The translations under genes were made by a program, and so were the position numbers. From Candidatus Omnitrophota bacterium (GTDB lineage Bacteria; Ratteibacteria; UBA8468; MWAK01), in the NCBI GenBank assembly GCA_043826355.1, contig JBDRQI010000011.1:32001-96000 (forward strand): a DNA stretch of 64,000 nucleotides, in the 5' to 3' direction. The notes under the pieces were generated by a model. The model was given only the letters and a program-made list of their open reading frames with translations, was not told where the DNA came from and searched no databases. Shown piece by piece: positions 18,742 through 28,115 of this stretch. How positions within the stretch are numbered: position 1 is the first letter of the stretch; each line of letters starts with the position of its first letter.

Positions 18742-19772
18742 TAGATATTAACTATCGCTTTGATGACGCCTTCCCGATAATCGGCCACCAATTGCATTCC
18801 TTCGGCTACCCTTTCCAACGGAAAATTATGGGTAACCATATCTCTGGCGTTAATCTTGCCGGCGGCCATAAGCCGGATAACTTTTTCCGCGGCAAAAGCA
18901 GAACGCCGTACATTCAGGAGCGCCAGTTCTTTTCGTCTGGCTCCAAAACTGGGGAATTGCCAGCAATCTTCCGCTGGAATGCCTACCATTCCAACTTTTC
19001 CGGCCAGCGAAGCGGAATCGATTGCCTGGACAAGGGTCTCTTTTTGACCGGCCGCTTCAAAAGCAGAATGAACACCTCCGCCTTTAGTCAGGGCCAGGAT
19101 TTCTTTTACCGGTTTTGTCTTTTCAGGGTCAAAGAGATAATCGGCTCCGATCTGTTTTGCGTAAGCGCGCCTTTCCGGTATCAGGTCAGTGGCGAAGATT
19201 GAAGCGGCGCCGGCCAGTTTAGCAAAGAAAATGATGGCCAGGCCGATCGGTCCGCATCCGAAAACCGCGACTGAATCTCCGGGGGAAACCCGGATGAGAT
19301 TAACCGCATAAAGTCCGATTGCCAGGGGTTCGGAAAGCACGCCTTCTTCCAGGCTGACATTATCAGGAAGGGGGATGAAATTGGCCGCGGGCAACACCAG
19401 GAATTCCCGGAAAGCGCCGGATGTTGGCGGGGTGCCCAGAAACTGAACTTTGGTGCAGAGGTTCGGTTTGCCGGTCAGGCAAACCTCGCATTTTCCGCAG
19501 GAAATTCCCGGTTCAATCGCCACATTCTGCCCTACCGTGAAACCGGCTACGTTGGGACCTGTTTCAATAACTTCTCCGGCCGCCTCGTGACCGAGGACAA
19601 AAGGACCGGAAACGATCTGCTCGCCAATGCGTCCTTCCTTGAAATAATGGACATCAGAACCGCAGATTCCAACCTTCTTTACCCGTACCAGCAATTCGCC
19701 GTTTCGGACAATCGGCTGCGGCGCGTCTTGAATTTTAATCTGTTTTTTCCCGATTAGAAACGCTGCTTTCAT
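18741..19772 (-). CDS. Zn-dependent (sorbitol/L-iditol-type) dehydrogenase
   Basis: GICGSDVH, LGHE, CGKCEVC..G..NLC, GCGPIG. Confidence 0.88.
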   Translation of the reverse strand: MKAAFLIGKKQIKIQDAPQPIVRNGELLVRVKKVGICGSDVHYFKEGRIGEQIVSGPFVLGHEAAGEVIETGPNVAGFTVGQNVAIEPGISCGKCEVCLTGKPNLCTKVQFLGTPPTSGAFREFLVLPAANFIPLPDNVSLEEGVLSEPLAIGLYAVNLIRVSPGDSVAVFGCGPIGLAIIFFAKLAGAASIFATDLIPERRAYAKQIGADYLFDPEKTKPVKEILALTKGGGVHSAFEAAGQKETLVQAIDSASLAGKVGMVGIPAEDCWQFPSFGARRKELALLNVRRSAFAAEKVIRLMAAGKINARDMVTHNFPLERVAEGMQLVADYREGVIKAIVNI

Positions 19773-19787
19773 GGGAATCTTTTAGAC

Positions 19788-19873
19788 GTAGGGGTCGGAT
19801 TTATCCGACCCGCGGGCCCCGAACAGGCGGTTTTTGCCTTCTACGGGGCGGGCGCGATAAATCGCGCCCCTAC
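19788..19873. repeat. Family C REPIN-like doublet, 86 bp
   Basis: GTAGGGGTCGGATTTATCCGACCC...GGGCGCGATAAATCGCGCCCCTAC; contains dut stop. Confidence 0.88.
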
Positions 19874-20304
19874 ACTTTTCCGGAAGAGCCGAATCCGGAG
19901 TCGTTCCGTTCTGTTTCAGGAAGGGTTGATACCGTGGTTAAATCGGCTTGAAGGCAGGGCAGCAGAACCAGTTGCGCAATCCGGTCGCCGATATTGACCT
20001 GATACTCTTTTTCACCTAAATTTATCAGGACAACCATTATTTCGCCTCGGTAATTGCTGTCGATTACGCCGGCCAGGGTATGAAGACCGAATTTCAGAGC
20101 CAGCCCGCTGCGGTCTTTGATGAGGCCGACCACTCCGTCCGGAATGGCAAAATGCAAACCGGTTTTCACCGGGTAGCGCTGGCCCGGCGCCAGGGTTATT
20201 GATTCACTGGCGCGCAGGTCAAGGCCGGCATCTCCGGGCCGGTGGTAACCCGGAGTCTGAATTTCAGGGTTTTTCTTACTTATTTGGACCGGAACGGTGG
20301 CCAC
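19870..20304 (-). CDS. dut: dUTPase
   Basis: DAGLDL, RSGLA, GVIDSNYRGE, RIAQL, R..GFGSSG. Confidence 0.95.
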   Translation of the reverse strand: MATVPVQISKKNPEIQTPGYHRPGDAGLDLRASESITLAPGQRYPVKTGLHFAIPDGVVGLIKDRSGLALKFGLHTLAGVIDSNYRGEIMVVLINLGEKEYQVNIGDRIAQLVLLPCLQADLTTVSTLPETERNDSGFGSSGKV

Positions 20305-22465
20305 GGTGTGTCAGTCTTGGTTGTGGGCGGCCGGAACCAGGCCTCCCGGAACGATCGCCGCGGTTGACGGATGGCGGTCTACTGCCTTCTTCTCCGGGCG
20401 GTGGCGGCGGCAGCAGGGCTTTCCGGCTCAGGTTTACCCGGTGCTGTTCGTCCACGCCGACAATCTTAACGTTAATTATGTCTCCGATATTGACCACGTC
20501 TTCCACCCGTCCGACGTAACGATGGTCAAGCTCGGAAACGTGAACCAGTCCTTCCTGACGGGGCAGGTACTCGACCATGGCGCCAAAAGGCAGGATGCGA
20601 GTTACTTTTACATTGGAATAAACCTGCCCGATTGTCGGTTCCTCAGTCATTCCCTTGATTATGGCGGTGGCTTTTGCCCGGGACGCTTCATCCCTGGAGA
20701 TGATTTGAACGCCGCCGTCGTCATTAATCTCAACGTCGGCGCCGGTCTCCTCAATTATCTTACGGATATTCTTGCCGCCCGGCCCGATAACCGCTCCGAT
20801 CTTTTCCACCGGAATCTTGATGAGTGAAATCTTAGGTGCGTGTTCGGAGAGCGTGGGTCTGGGGGCTGGAAGCGTCTGGTTCATCACCTCCAGAATTTTG
20901 GTTCGGCCTTCCCGGCTCTGCAGAAAAGCCTGGCGCAGAATTTCCAGAGACAACTGAGTTGTTTTAACATCCATCTGGAGAGCGGTAATGCCTTCCGTGG
21001 TTCCGGCAATCTTCAGGTCAAGGTCGCCGTAATGGTCTTCCTCGCCGGCGATATCGGTCAGGATTGTAAAATCGTCGCCCTCCTTGATTAAGCCTAAAGC
21101 TACTCCGCCGATGGTGTTTTTCATCGGAACGCCTGCGTCCATCAAGCCCAGCGAACTGGCGCAGACAGTGGCCATGGAAGAAGAACCGTTTGACTCCAGT
21201 ATGTCGGAAACTATCCGGATGGTGTAGGGAAAGTCGTCTCCGGACGGCAAGCTGTTAATCAGCGATTTTTCCGCCAGCAATCCGTGCCCGATTTCTCTCC
21301 GGCCCGGACCGCGCATCGGCCGGCATTCTCCGACACTGAAAGACGGGAAATTATAGTGGAGGAGAAAACGTTTCTTGCTCTCTTCAAGAAGGCCTTCAAT
21401 CCGCTGTTCGTCACCCCAGGTTCCCAGTGTTATCAAAACAAGCGACTGGGTTTCTCCGCGGTGAAAAAGAGCGGAACCGTGGACTCGGGGAAGAAGACCC
21501 ACAGCGCAGGTGATTTTTCGGACTTCGTTGGGTTTGCGTCCGTCCAGCCGGATTTTAGTTTGGTTGATCTGGTTGCGCACCCGGGCGCGAAGTTCTTTTT
21601 CAAAAACCCCTTTAATCTCTTTCTTGAGATTATCATCGGCTTCCGGAAAACCGGCCAATATTTCCTGGTGTATCTCGTCGAAAAAGACGTTGCGCTCTTT
21701 TTTCCCGGGATAGTTGCTGACCTGGCTGAACTTAGCGTCAAAGACCGCTTTAACCGCTGCGTCGCAAGTGGTTTGTTCTGGTTCCGGAAAGGCTACCTTT
21801 GGACCGGAGAAGTTTTCTTTAATAAAAGCGGCCAGTTTCTGGGCTTCGCTGAATCCCAGGGCAATTCCTTCCATAACTTTTTCTTCCGGTACGTTCTTGC
21901 CTATTCCTTCTAACATAAGCAACGATTCCGTTCCGGCAGAGATAACCAGCGTCAGTTCGCTGGCCGCGGTCTGGGTGATGGTTGGATTAACAATAAAAAT
22001 GCCTTCCACCAAACTCACCCGAACTGCAGCTACCGGTCCCTGAGCCGGAAAAGGAGAGAGAGCGACGGTGGCGGAAGCGCCCAAGATCGCCAACATATCC
22101 GGGTCTACCTCCGGGTCAAACGAGTAGACGAAAGAAACAACCTGAATTTCGCGGTTGAATGTTTTCGGAAAAAGCGGCCGAACTGACCGGTCAATCAGCC
22201 GGCATGTCACCGTCTCTTTTTCGCTGTTTCGTCCTTCCCGTTTAAAAAAGCCGCCGGGGATTTTTCCGGAAGACGAGATGTGTTCCCGGTATTCCACGGT
22301 CAGCGGCAGGAAATCCCGCTGCATAGCCAGTTCGTTTCCGAAAACGGCTGAAGTAAGCACCATGGTGTCACCGGAGCGGACCATCACCGAAGCGGTGGCC
22401 TGCTGGGCGAAAGTGGTGGTATCAAAACTAATAGTACGACCTCCCAATTCAATCTCTTTTTTCAT
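20276..22465 (-). CDS. pnp: Polyribonucleotide nucleotidyltransferase
   Basis: IPGGFFKREG, RREIGHG, ESNGSSSMA, KH and S1 domains. Confidence 0.97.
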   Translation of the reverse strand: MKKEIELGGRTISFDTTTFAQQATASVMVRSGDTMVLTSAVFGNELAMQRDFLPLTVEYREHISSSGKIPGGFFKREGRNSEKETVTCRLIDRSVRPLFPKTFNREIQVVSFVYSFDPEVDPDMLAILGASATVALSPFPAQGPVAAVRVSLVEGIFIVNPTITQTAASELTLVISAGTESLLMLEGIGKNVPEEKVMEGIALGFSEAQKLAAFIKENFSGPKVAFPEPEQTTCDAAVKAVFDAKFSQVSNYPGKKERNVFFDEIHQEILAGFPEADDNLKKEIKGVFEKELRARVRNQINQTKIRLDGRKPNEVRKITCAVGLLPRVHGSALFHRGETQSLVLITLGTWGDEQRIEGLLEESKKRFLLHYNFPSFSVGECRPMRGPGRREIGHGLLAEKSLINSLPSGDDFPYTIRIVSDILESNGSSSMATVCASSLGLMDAGVPMKNTIGGVALGLIKEGDDFTILTDIAGEEDHYGDLDLKIAGTTEGITALQMDVKTTQLSLEILRQAFLQSREGRTKILEVMNQTLPAPRPTLSEHAPKISLIKIPVEKIGAVIGPGGKNIRKIIEETGADVEINDDGGVQIISRDEASRAKATAIIKGMTEEPTIGQVYSNVKVTRILPFGAMVEYLPRQEGLVHVSELDHRYVGRVEDVVNIGDIINVKIVGVDEQHRVNLSRKALLPPPPPGEEGSRPPSVNRGDRSGRPGSGRPQPRLTHRGHRSGPNK

Positions 22466-22571
22466 TTTTTTCCTTAATATTTAGGGGTAATATAAATTAT
22501 AACCCCAGGTGTCCTCAAAGGCACAAGAATGCATTTTGTACCGATGGGGTGTTCAAATTATTCTAAATTTA

Positions 22572-22838
22572 TTATTTTCGCAGGCCGAGTTTGGAGATGA
22601 CCAATCCGTATTTGGAAGGTTCTTCTTTTTTCAGGTAATCCAGCAGGCGCCGGCGGTGACCGATCATAATGAGCAGTCCACGGCGGGAATTGCGGTCTTT
22701 CAGGTGAGACTGGAAGTGTTCCTCTAAACGGTTAATTCGGGCCGTCAGCAGGGAGATCTGAACTTCCGGGCTGCCGGTATCGACCGGGGTCCGGCGGAAA
22801 ACCTGTATCGCTTCTGCTTTTTTTTCGGAGGTTAACAT
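22572..22838 (-). CDS. rpsO: 30S ribosomal protein S15
   Basis: [25 protein letters not shown] 22838. Confidence 0.96.
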   Translation of the reverse strand: MLTSEKKAEAIQVFRRTPVDTGSPEVQISLLTARINRLEEHFQSHLKDRNSRRGLLIMIGHRRRLLDYLKKEEPSKYGLVISKLGLRK

Positions 22839-22847
22839 TTGACGGAT

Positions 22848-22877
22848 ATTATAATCTATCTTCCTTTTCGCTGTCAA
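22848..22877 (-). promoter_or_regulatory. sigma70-like promoter for rpsO-pnp
   Basis: TTGACA-N18-TATAAT, 9 nt before ATG. Confidence 0.75.
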
Positions 22878-22897
22878 ATATTGTATAATACAGGCAA

Positions 22898-24181
22898 ATG
22901 AACTATCCATTTTTTATCGCGCGGCGTTATTTCCGCCGGGGCAGGGGCGGTTACCTTTTTTTAACCAATCTCTTTGCTATTATCAGCGTAGCGGTGGGTG
23001 TGGCCAGCCTGATTCTGGTTCTGGGCGTAATGAACGGGTTTGACCGGGACCTGAAACAAAAGATAATCGGTGTTTTCCCGCCGCTGGAAATTAAAATTCC
23101 GTATGATTCTGATTTCGCCCGTATTGAAAACCGGGTCACCTCTTTTCCGGAGGTGGTTGCCGTGGCTCCGTTTTCCGAAACCCAGGCTATCTTTCGTTCC
23201 AAAGGTTTCCTGACTGCCGGGCTTCTGCGCGCGATTGACCCGGAAAGGGAAGATGCGGTTACCGGGTTTCAAAAATTCCTTATTTCCGATTCCAAAGATT
23301 CCTCCCGCCCCTCCCCCCCCAGGGGAGAGGGCCGGTCAGGCTTCGCCTCGTCAGAGTGCGCCGAAGTCTCAGGCGACGCCCAGGCGAGAAATGGTGAGGG
23401 GGAAATAAGGTGGGGGGGCGGCTTAGTCCTCGGTTCGGAACTTGCGCAAAACCTTCGGGTGGGTGTTGGGGACCAACTGGAAATAATTACCGGGTTCGGC
23501 GTAAAAACCCGCACTCTGCCGGTGGTTGGAATTTTTCGAACCGGGCTTTATCATTTTGATGTTGCCATGACGTTTGTTCCGTTATCGCTGAGCGAGGGTT
23601 TTTTTCCGACCGGCGCCCGGCCGGAAGCGTTGGGTGTAAAGATAAAAGATATTTATGCGGCGGAACTGGTATCCCAGAAAGTCACCCGGGAATTAGGGCC
23701 TTCTTTTCGCGTGGAATCCTGGATTAGCAAAAACCGGATTCTTTTTTCGGCTCTGGCGCTGGAGCGGCGTGCAATGGCAATTATTCTGATTTTGATAATT
23801 TTTGTGGCTGGTTTTAATATCGCCACCTGTCTGATGATTACCGTCTGGCGGAAGAGCAAGGAGATTGGAGTTCTCCGGTCTATGGGTGTGAGCGCTGGCG
23901 GTATCCAGGCCATTTTTTTGTGGATGGGGTTCTTGACTGCATTATGGGGAGTGGCAGTTGGTTTAGCTGTTGGCCTGTCCTTGGCTTATGTCGGAGACCA
24001 TTACCAGCTGGTAAAGTTGCCGGGATATGTTTACGACCTTTCGTACCTGCCGATTAAGGTCCGGGGTTTTGATGTTATCTGGATTACGATAATCTCTTTT
24101 GCGATTGCGCTGGCGGCCTCGATCTTCCCGGCCCGGGAAGCGGCCCGGGTGGCGCCGGCAATTACGCTGCGTTCAGAGTAA
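22898..24181 (+). CDS. lolE: Lipoprotein-releasing ABC permease LolC/E family, with in-frame repeat insertion
   Basis: [33 protein letters not shown]; upstream of lolD. Confidence 0.88.
   Translation: MNYPFFIARRYFRRGRGGYLFLTNLFAIISVAVGVASLILVLGVMNGFDRDLKQKIIGVFPPLEIKIPYDSDFARIENRVTSFPEVVAVAPFSETQAIFRSKGFLTAGLLRAIDPEREDAVTGFQKFLISDSKDSSRPSPPRGEGRSGFASSECAEVSGDAQARNGEGEIRWGGGLVLGSELAQNLRVGVGDQLEIITGFGVKTRTLPVVGIFRTGLYHFDVAMTFVPLSLSEGFFPTGARPEALGVKIKDIYAAELVSQKVTRELGPSFRVESWISKNRILFSALALERRAMAIILILIIFVAGFNIATCLMITVWRKSKEIGVLRSMGVSAGGIQAIFLWMGFLTALWGVAVGLAVGLSLAYVGDHYQLVKLPGYVYDLSYLPIKVRGFDVIWITIISFAIALAASIFPAREAARVAPAITLRSE
23301..23420. repeat. Family D palindrome with nested family F element, in-frame in lolE
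   Basis: CCCCTCCCCCCCCAGGGGAGAGGG...GGTGAGGGGG; 23337-23387 is the reverse complement of 16623-16673. Confidence 0.85.
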
Positions 24182-24182
24182 A

Positions 24183-24370
24183 GCGCTCGGATTATCTTTT
24201 TTGCTCACACGCTGCGTGTCGGACAAGACTACGCAACTCGTAAGCGAGCCTCGCCGTGTCTTTGTCTATATTTCAGGCAAATCACGGCCACTCACTTACT
24301 CGTTTTGCTTGTCTTGTTTCCGTCACTCCGCGAAGTGTGCAAAAAAGATAACCTCGCTTAGCAGAAAAAC
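24183..24370 (-). repeat. Family G long hairpin element, copy 1
   Basis: Reverse-complement homolog of 46716, 56683 and 60294 copies. Confidence 0.85.
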
Positions 24371-24388
24371 TAAAAGACCTTTAAAACT

Positions 24389-25066
24389 ATGGAAATAACA
24401 GCCAGAGGTTTGACGAAAATTTACTCCGACGCCGGGAACCGGGTGGTGGCGCTTGACGGGGTTGACCTGACCTTGCAATCCGGAGAAGTGGTAGTCCTCC
24501 TGGGTCCTTCCGGGTCCGGCAAGACCACTCTCTTGAACCTGCTTTCCGGGCTGGAAGTCCCCAGCGAAGGCGAGGTTTTGCTTGACGGAGAGCATCTTTC
24601 ATTTCTTTCCGACCGGAAAAAATCTTTTTTACGCAACCGTTCTTTTGGTTTTATCTTTCAATTTTTTAATCTTTTGCCGGAATTTACCATTCTGGAAAAT
24701 ACGTTGCTGCCCTCTTTAATCGGCAAACGCGGACGGGAATTTACTTCGGTCCGGAAAGAAGCAAAAACGCTCCTGGAGGAATTAGGCCTGGGCAACCGTG
24801 CCGAAGCTCTTCCCTCCGAACTTTCCGGCGGCGAGAAACAGCGGGTGGCTATCTGCCGCGCCTTGATTAACCGGCCGGGTTTCGTCTTTGCCGATGAGCC
24901 GACCGGAAACCTTGACCGGGAAAACGCGGAAATTTGCCTTAACCTTTTTCGGCAAATGATTATCCGAAACGGCACCGGATTCATAATTGCAACCCATAAC
25001 CAGGAGATTGCCGCGGCTATGGCTGCCCGTACGGTGCGTCTAAAAAGCGGCAAGGTAATTCTATAG
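24389..25066 (+). CDS. lolD: Lipoprotein-releasing ABC ATPase
   Basis: GPSGSGKTT, GFIFQFFNLL, LSGGEKQRVAI, ADEPTGNLD. Confidence 0.9.
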   Translation: MEITARGLTKIYSDAGNRVVALDGVDLTLQSGEVVVLLGPSGSGKTTLLNLLSGLEVPSEGEVLLDGEHLSFLSDRKKSFLRNRSFGFIFQFFNLLPEFTILENTLLPSLIGKRGREFTSVRKEAKTLLEELGLGNRAEALPSELSGGEKQRVAICRALINRPGFVFADEPTGNLDRENAEICLNLFRQMIIRNGTGFIIATHNQEIAAAMAARTVRLKSGKVIL

Positions 25067-25091
25067 TTGCCGAGCTTGCTCGGCGCAGTTT

Positions 25092-25141
25092 GTAGGGGCG
25101 CCATTCATGGCGCCCGCGGGTCGGATGAATCCGACCCCTAC
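25092..25141. repeat. Family C REP doublet, 50 bp
   Basis: GTAGGGGCGCCATTCATGGCGCCC-GC-GGGTCGGATGAATCCGACCCCTAC. Confidence 0.88.
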
Positions 25142-25157
25142 GTTTTGAGGAGGGGAA

Positions 25158-26033
25158 ATGGGGTTATTGATCTGTTTGGACGGGAAACTGGTTACGGAGG
25201 AAAAAGCCGTTGTTTCGGTCTTTGACCACGGCCTTCTTTACGGAGACGGCGTATTTGAAGGAATCCGGGCTTATAACGGCCGGGTTTTTCGCCTGGAAGA
25301 ACATATCCGGCGGCTTTATCGTTCGGCCGGGACCATAATGCTTCAGGTATCAATAACTCCGGAAGAGATGACCCGGAAAATCCTGGAAACTCTTAAAGCC
25401 AATAAACTTCGCGATGCCTATATCCGGGTCGTGATTACCCGGGGTAAGGGTGACCTTGGTCTTGACCCGCGTAAGTGTCCGAAATCAACATACTTCATCA
25501 TCACCAATAAAATCCAGCTTTATCCTGCGGAACTATGCCGGAAAGGCATGAACATTATTACCGTGCCGACCCGGCGCAACGGTGTGGAAATGATGACTCC
25601 GGCCGTTAAATCCCTTAACTACTTAAATAACATCATGGCCAAGATTGAAGGGAATAACGCCGGAGTTTCCGAAGCGTTGATGTTGAATACGGAGGGTCTG
25701 GTGCTGGAGTGTACCGGAGACAATATCTTCCTGGTGCGCGGCAAGGAATTGGTTACGCCGCCTCTTTACCTGGGCATTCTGGAGGGGATTACCCGGGACG
25801 TGGTGATGGGGCTGGCTTCCAAAGCCGGGCTTATCAGCCGGGAACTTCCTTTTACCCGGCACGACCTTTTTAACGCCGACGAGGTATTCTTAACCGGGAC
25901 CGCCGCGGAGATAGTGCCGATAAGCAAAATTGACGGCCGCAGTATCGCCGACGGCAAGCCCGGTCCCTGCACCGTAAAACTAATCAACCTTTTCCGCCGG
26001 CTCACTGAATCGGAAGGTACGCCAATTGTTTAA
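25158..26033 (+). CDS. ilvE: Branched-chain amino acid aminotransferase
   Basis: DHGLLYGDGVFEGIRAY, KSLNYLNN, LEGITR, FLTGTAAE. Confidence 0.95.
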   Translation: MGLLICLDGKLVTEEKAVVSVFDHGLLYGDGVFEGIRAYNGRVFRLEEHIRRLYRSAGTIMLQVSITPEEMTRKILETLKANKLRDAYIRVVITRGKGDLGLDPRKCPKSTYFIITNKIQLYPAELCRKGMNIITVPTRRNGVEMMTPAVKSLNYLNNIMAKIEGNNAGVSEALMLNTEGLVLECTGDNIFLVRGKELVTPPLYLGILEGITRDVVMGLASKAGLISRELPFTRHDLFNADEVFLTGTAAEIVPISKIDGRSIADGKPGPCTVKLINLFRRLTESEGTPIV

Positions 26034-26037
26034 TAGT

Positions 26038-26155
26038 TCCCTCTCCCCGCAAAGGAGAGGGGTGGGGAGGTAGGACAGGTGTCTCCCGCCTTCGCTAAAT
26101 TTATCCGCCGTAGCTTTAGCGCAGGCGGAGCTACGGCGGGCGAAGCCCGTCTGCC
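26038..26155. repeat. Stacked family D + family C (interrupted) + family E palindromes
   Basis: CCCTCTCC..GGAGAGGG; GTAGGACAGG..; CCGCCGTAGCTTTAGCGCAGGCGG. Confidence 0.75.
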
Positions 26156-26319
26156 ATTATGGTGTCATCCTGAGCCTTTAAGAATCCGTCATCCTGAGTG
26201 AAACGAAGGATCTCGTCTTATAAAGATTAGATCCTTCACGGAGTTTACCCTTGAGCAACGCGAAGGGTTCAGGATGACAAATTACGTCAGATTCTTCGCT
26301 TGTGCTCAGAATGACAAAT
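26156..26319. repeat. Family A composite unit (~164 bp)
   Basis: Near-identical inverted copy at 35058-35220; related copy at 32945-33100. Confidence 0.9.
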
Positions 26320-26413
26320 AGGATAAGCTTAAATCACGGGCGGTCTATTCGACGGAATGCTCCGCCCCTATTTTTTGATTAAACGTTTTCCGGTCTTCCG
26401 GTATCTAATATTT

Positions 26414-26923
26414 ATGAACCGAACAGATTTCGAAGCCATTTTGCAGGAAAATCAGGAACGCATCTACCGCCTGGCTTTAAGAATCACCGGCGACAAGGAA
26501 GAGGCAAAAGACATAACCCAGGAAACGTTCCTGGCGGCGTACGAACATCAGGGTCGTTTTCGGCAGGAATCCAATTTTTCAACCTATATTTACCGCATCG
26601 CTCTCAACTTCGCTTTTCGGGCGCTGAAACGGAAACGCCCTTTGCAAACGCTGGAAAAGCCCGAAACGATAAGGTCAAATGACGAAAATCCGGCCCAGAT
26701 TTTTCAACGGGAGGAGAAGGAAGCGGAAGTCCGGCGGTTACTGGACTCTCTGCCGGCCGGACAGAAGGCGGCCGTTCACCTCCGGCTTTATGAAAATCTG
26801 TCATTTAAAGAGGTTGCCCGGGTGCTGGGTTGCAGGCCGGCCACTGCCCGTACCCATTATTTTTTCGGCTTGCAGAATTTACGAAAGGAGATGAAGGCAC
26901 GCCATGAATTGCCAAAAGTTTGA
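26414..26923 (+). CDS. ECF RNA polymerase sigma factor
   Basis: IYRLALRITG..EEAKDITQETFL, FSTYIYRIALN, LSFKEVA. Confidence 0.9.
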   Translation: MNRTDFEAILQENQERIYRLALRITGDKEEAKDITQETFLAAYEHQGRFRQESNFSTYIYRIALNFAFRALKRKRPLQTLEKPETIRSNDENPAQIFQREEKEAEVRRLLDSLPAGQKAAVHLRLYENLSFKEVARVLGCRPATARTHYFFGLQNLRKEMKARHELPKV

Positions 26924-27389
26924 GCGATGGATAGTCCTGAGTTTGGAAGGTGAAATCACCCCCCGGCAAAAAGGCGTTTTGGAAAAGCACCTGAAGGGAT
27001 GCGCCGGATGCCGGAAAGTATTGGAAGATTACCGGAACGTACGCCATCTCTTTGCCACGCTGCCGTTGGAACCGGTTCCGGTTCTGCCGGCATTCAGCCG
27101 GCCCGTGACTGAAAAAAGAAAAGGACCGCCGCTGGTCTTAAGACGAATCGTGCTGGCGCCGGCCGCGCTTGCGCTCTGCCTCCTCCTGGCAATTGGAATC
27201 ATTAAATTCCGGAATGTTCCTCCCGCCATCCCGGTTTCGAACAGTTACAAAGCTGATTTGCTTGCCGGCGTATCCGAGCGTGAATTTTTTGACGTCAACT
27301 TCCCGAATTCAAGGGAGTATTACTATTTTATTGAAAATCTTTCCGTTGCAGAACAGGAAACATTCTTCAGTATCTTACAGGCAATGTAA
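26904..27389 (+). CDS. zf-HC2 anti-sigma factor
   Basis: MNC...LEGE...HLKGCAGC plus TM helix; follows sigma gene. Confidence 0.85.
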   Translation: MNCQKFERWIVLSLEGEITPRQKGVLEKHLKGCAGCRKVLEDYRNVRHLFATLPLEPVPVLPAFSRPVTEKRKGPPLVLRRIVLAPAALALCLLLAIGIIKFRNVPPAIPVSNSYKADLLAGVSEREFFDVNFPNSREYYYFIENLSVAEQETFFSILQAM

Positions 27390-27397
27390 ATTACTGT

Positions 27398-27483
27398 GTA
27401 GGGGCGTGATTCATCGCGCCCGCGGGCCCCGTATAGGCGGCTCTTGCCTTCTACGGGGCGGGTCGGATAAATCCGACCCCTAC
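27398..27483. repeat. Family C REPIN-like doublet, 86 bp
   Basis: GTAGGGG...CCCCTAC with the same spacer as 19788 and 53816. Confidence 0.88.
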
Positions 27484-27491
27484 AAAAATTT

Positions 27492-27522
27492 TGTCATCCC
27501 GCGTGTAGTAAGCGGAAATCTG
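27492..27522. repeat. Family B half element (degenerate)
   Basis: TGTCATCCCGCG...GCGGAAATCTG. Confidence 0.55.
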
Positions 27523-27542
27523 TATCAAGGAGGTGATACGGA

Positions 27543-28115
27543 ATGAAAAAGATAACGCTGCTTCTAATATGCGCCGTTGCATTCTGGCCGATTTTAGCCC
27601 ACGGCGCGCCGGTTCAGGTGGAAGGGAAGAGCCGTCAAACCGGGTCCCAGAGAATGATGCCGGGACGCGAGATGTTCCAAAAAGACGGAAAGGCCTGGGA
27701 CCGGATGGCTTCGGTACGCTTCTACAAGTTGATTGAGTTTCTTGGCCTGACAACCGAAGAGGCGAATAAATTGGCGCCGGCCATTCAAGCAAGGGATAAC
27801 GGACGGAAGGACTATTTCCAGGCGCGCGATAAAGCGCTGGATAACCTGGCGGAATTGGTTGAGAAGGGAGCGTCGCAGAATGAATTAAAGAAGGCGGTGG
27901 CCGGAACCAAGGTTCTGGATGATGGATATCAGGCAAAAGAAAAGGGGTTAACCAACAAGGTTCTGGAACTCCTGCCGCCGGAAAAGCAGGCAAAATACTA
28001 CCTCTTTAACCGGCACTTTACCCAGGAGATTCGTCAGGGACTTTACAATATGGCTGAACGGCGGATAAAGGAACGGAGTGAAAAAGCGAGGCCAGGCGTT
28101 CAACCACCTCGGTAA
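27543..28115 (+). CDS. Periplasmic Spy/CpxP-like helical protein
   Basis: Signal peptide, LGLTTEE and LLPPEKQ (LTxxQ-like) motifs, in sigma/anti-sigma operon. Confidence 0.6.
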   Translation: MKKITLLLICAVAFWPILAHGAPVQVEGKSRQTGSQRMMPGREMFQKDGKAWDRMASVRFYKLIEFLGLTTEEANKLAPAIQARDNGRKDYFQARDKALDNLAELVEKGASQNELKKAVAGTKVLDDGYQAKEKGLTNKVLELLPPEKQAKYYLFNRHFTQEIRQGLYNMAERRIKERSEKARPGVQPPR

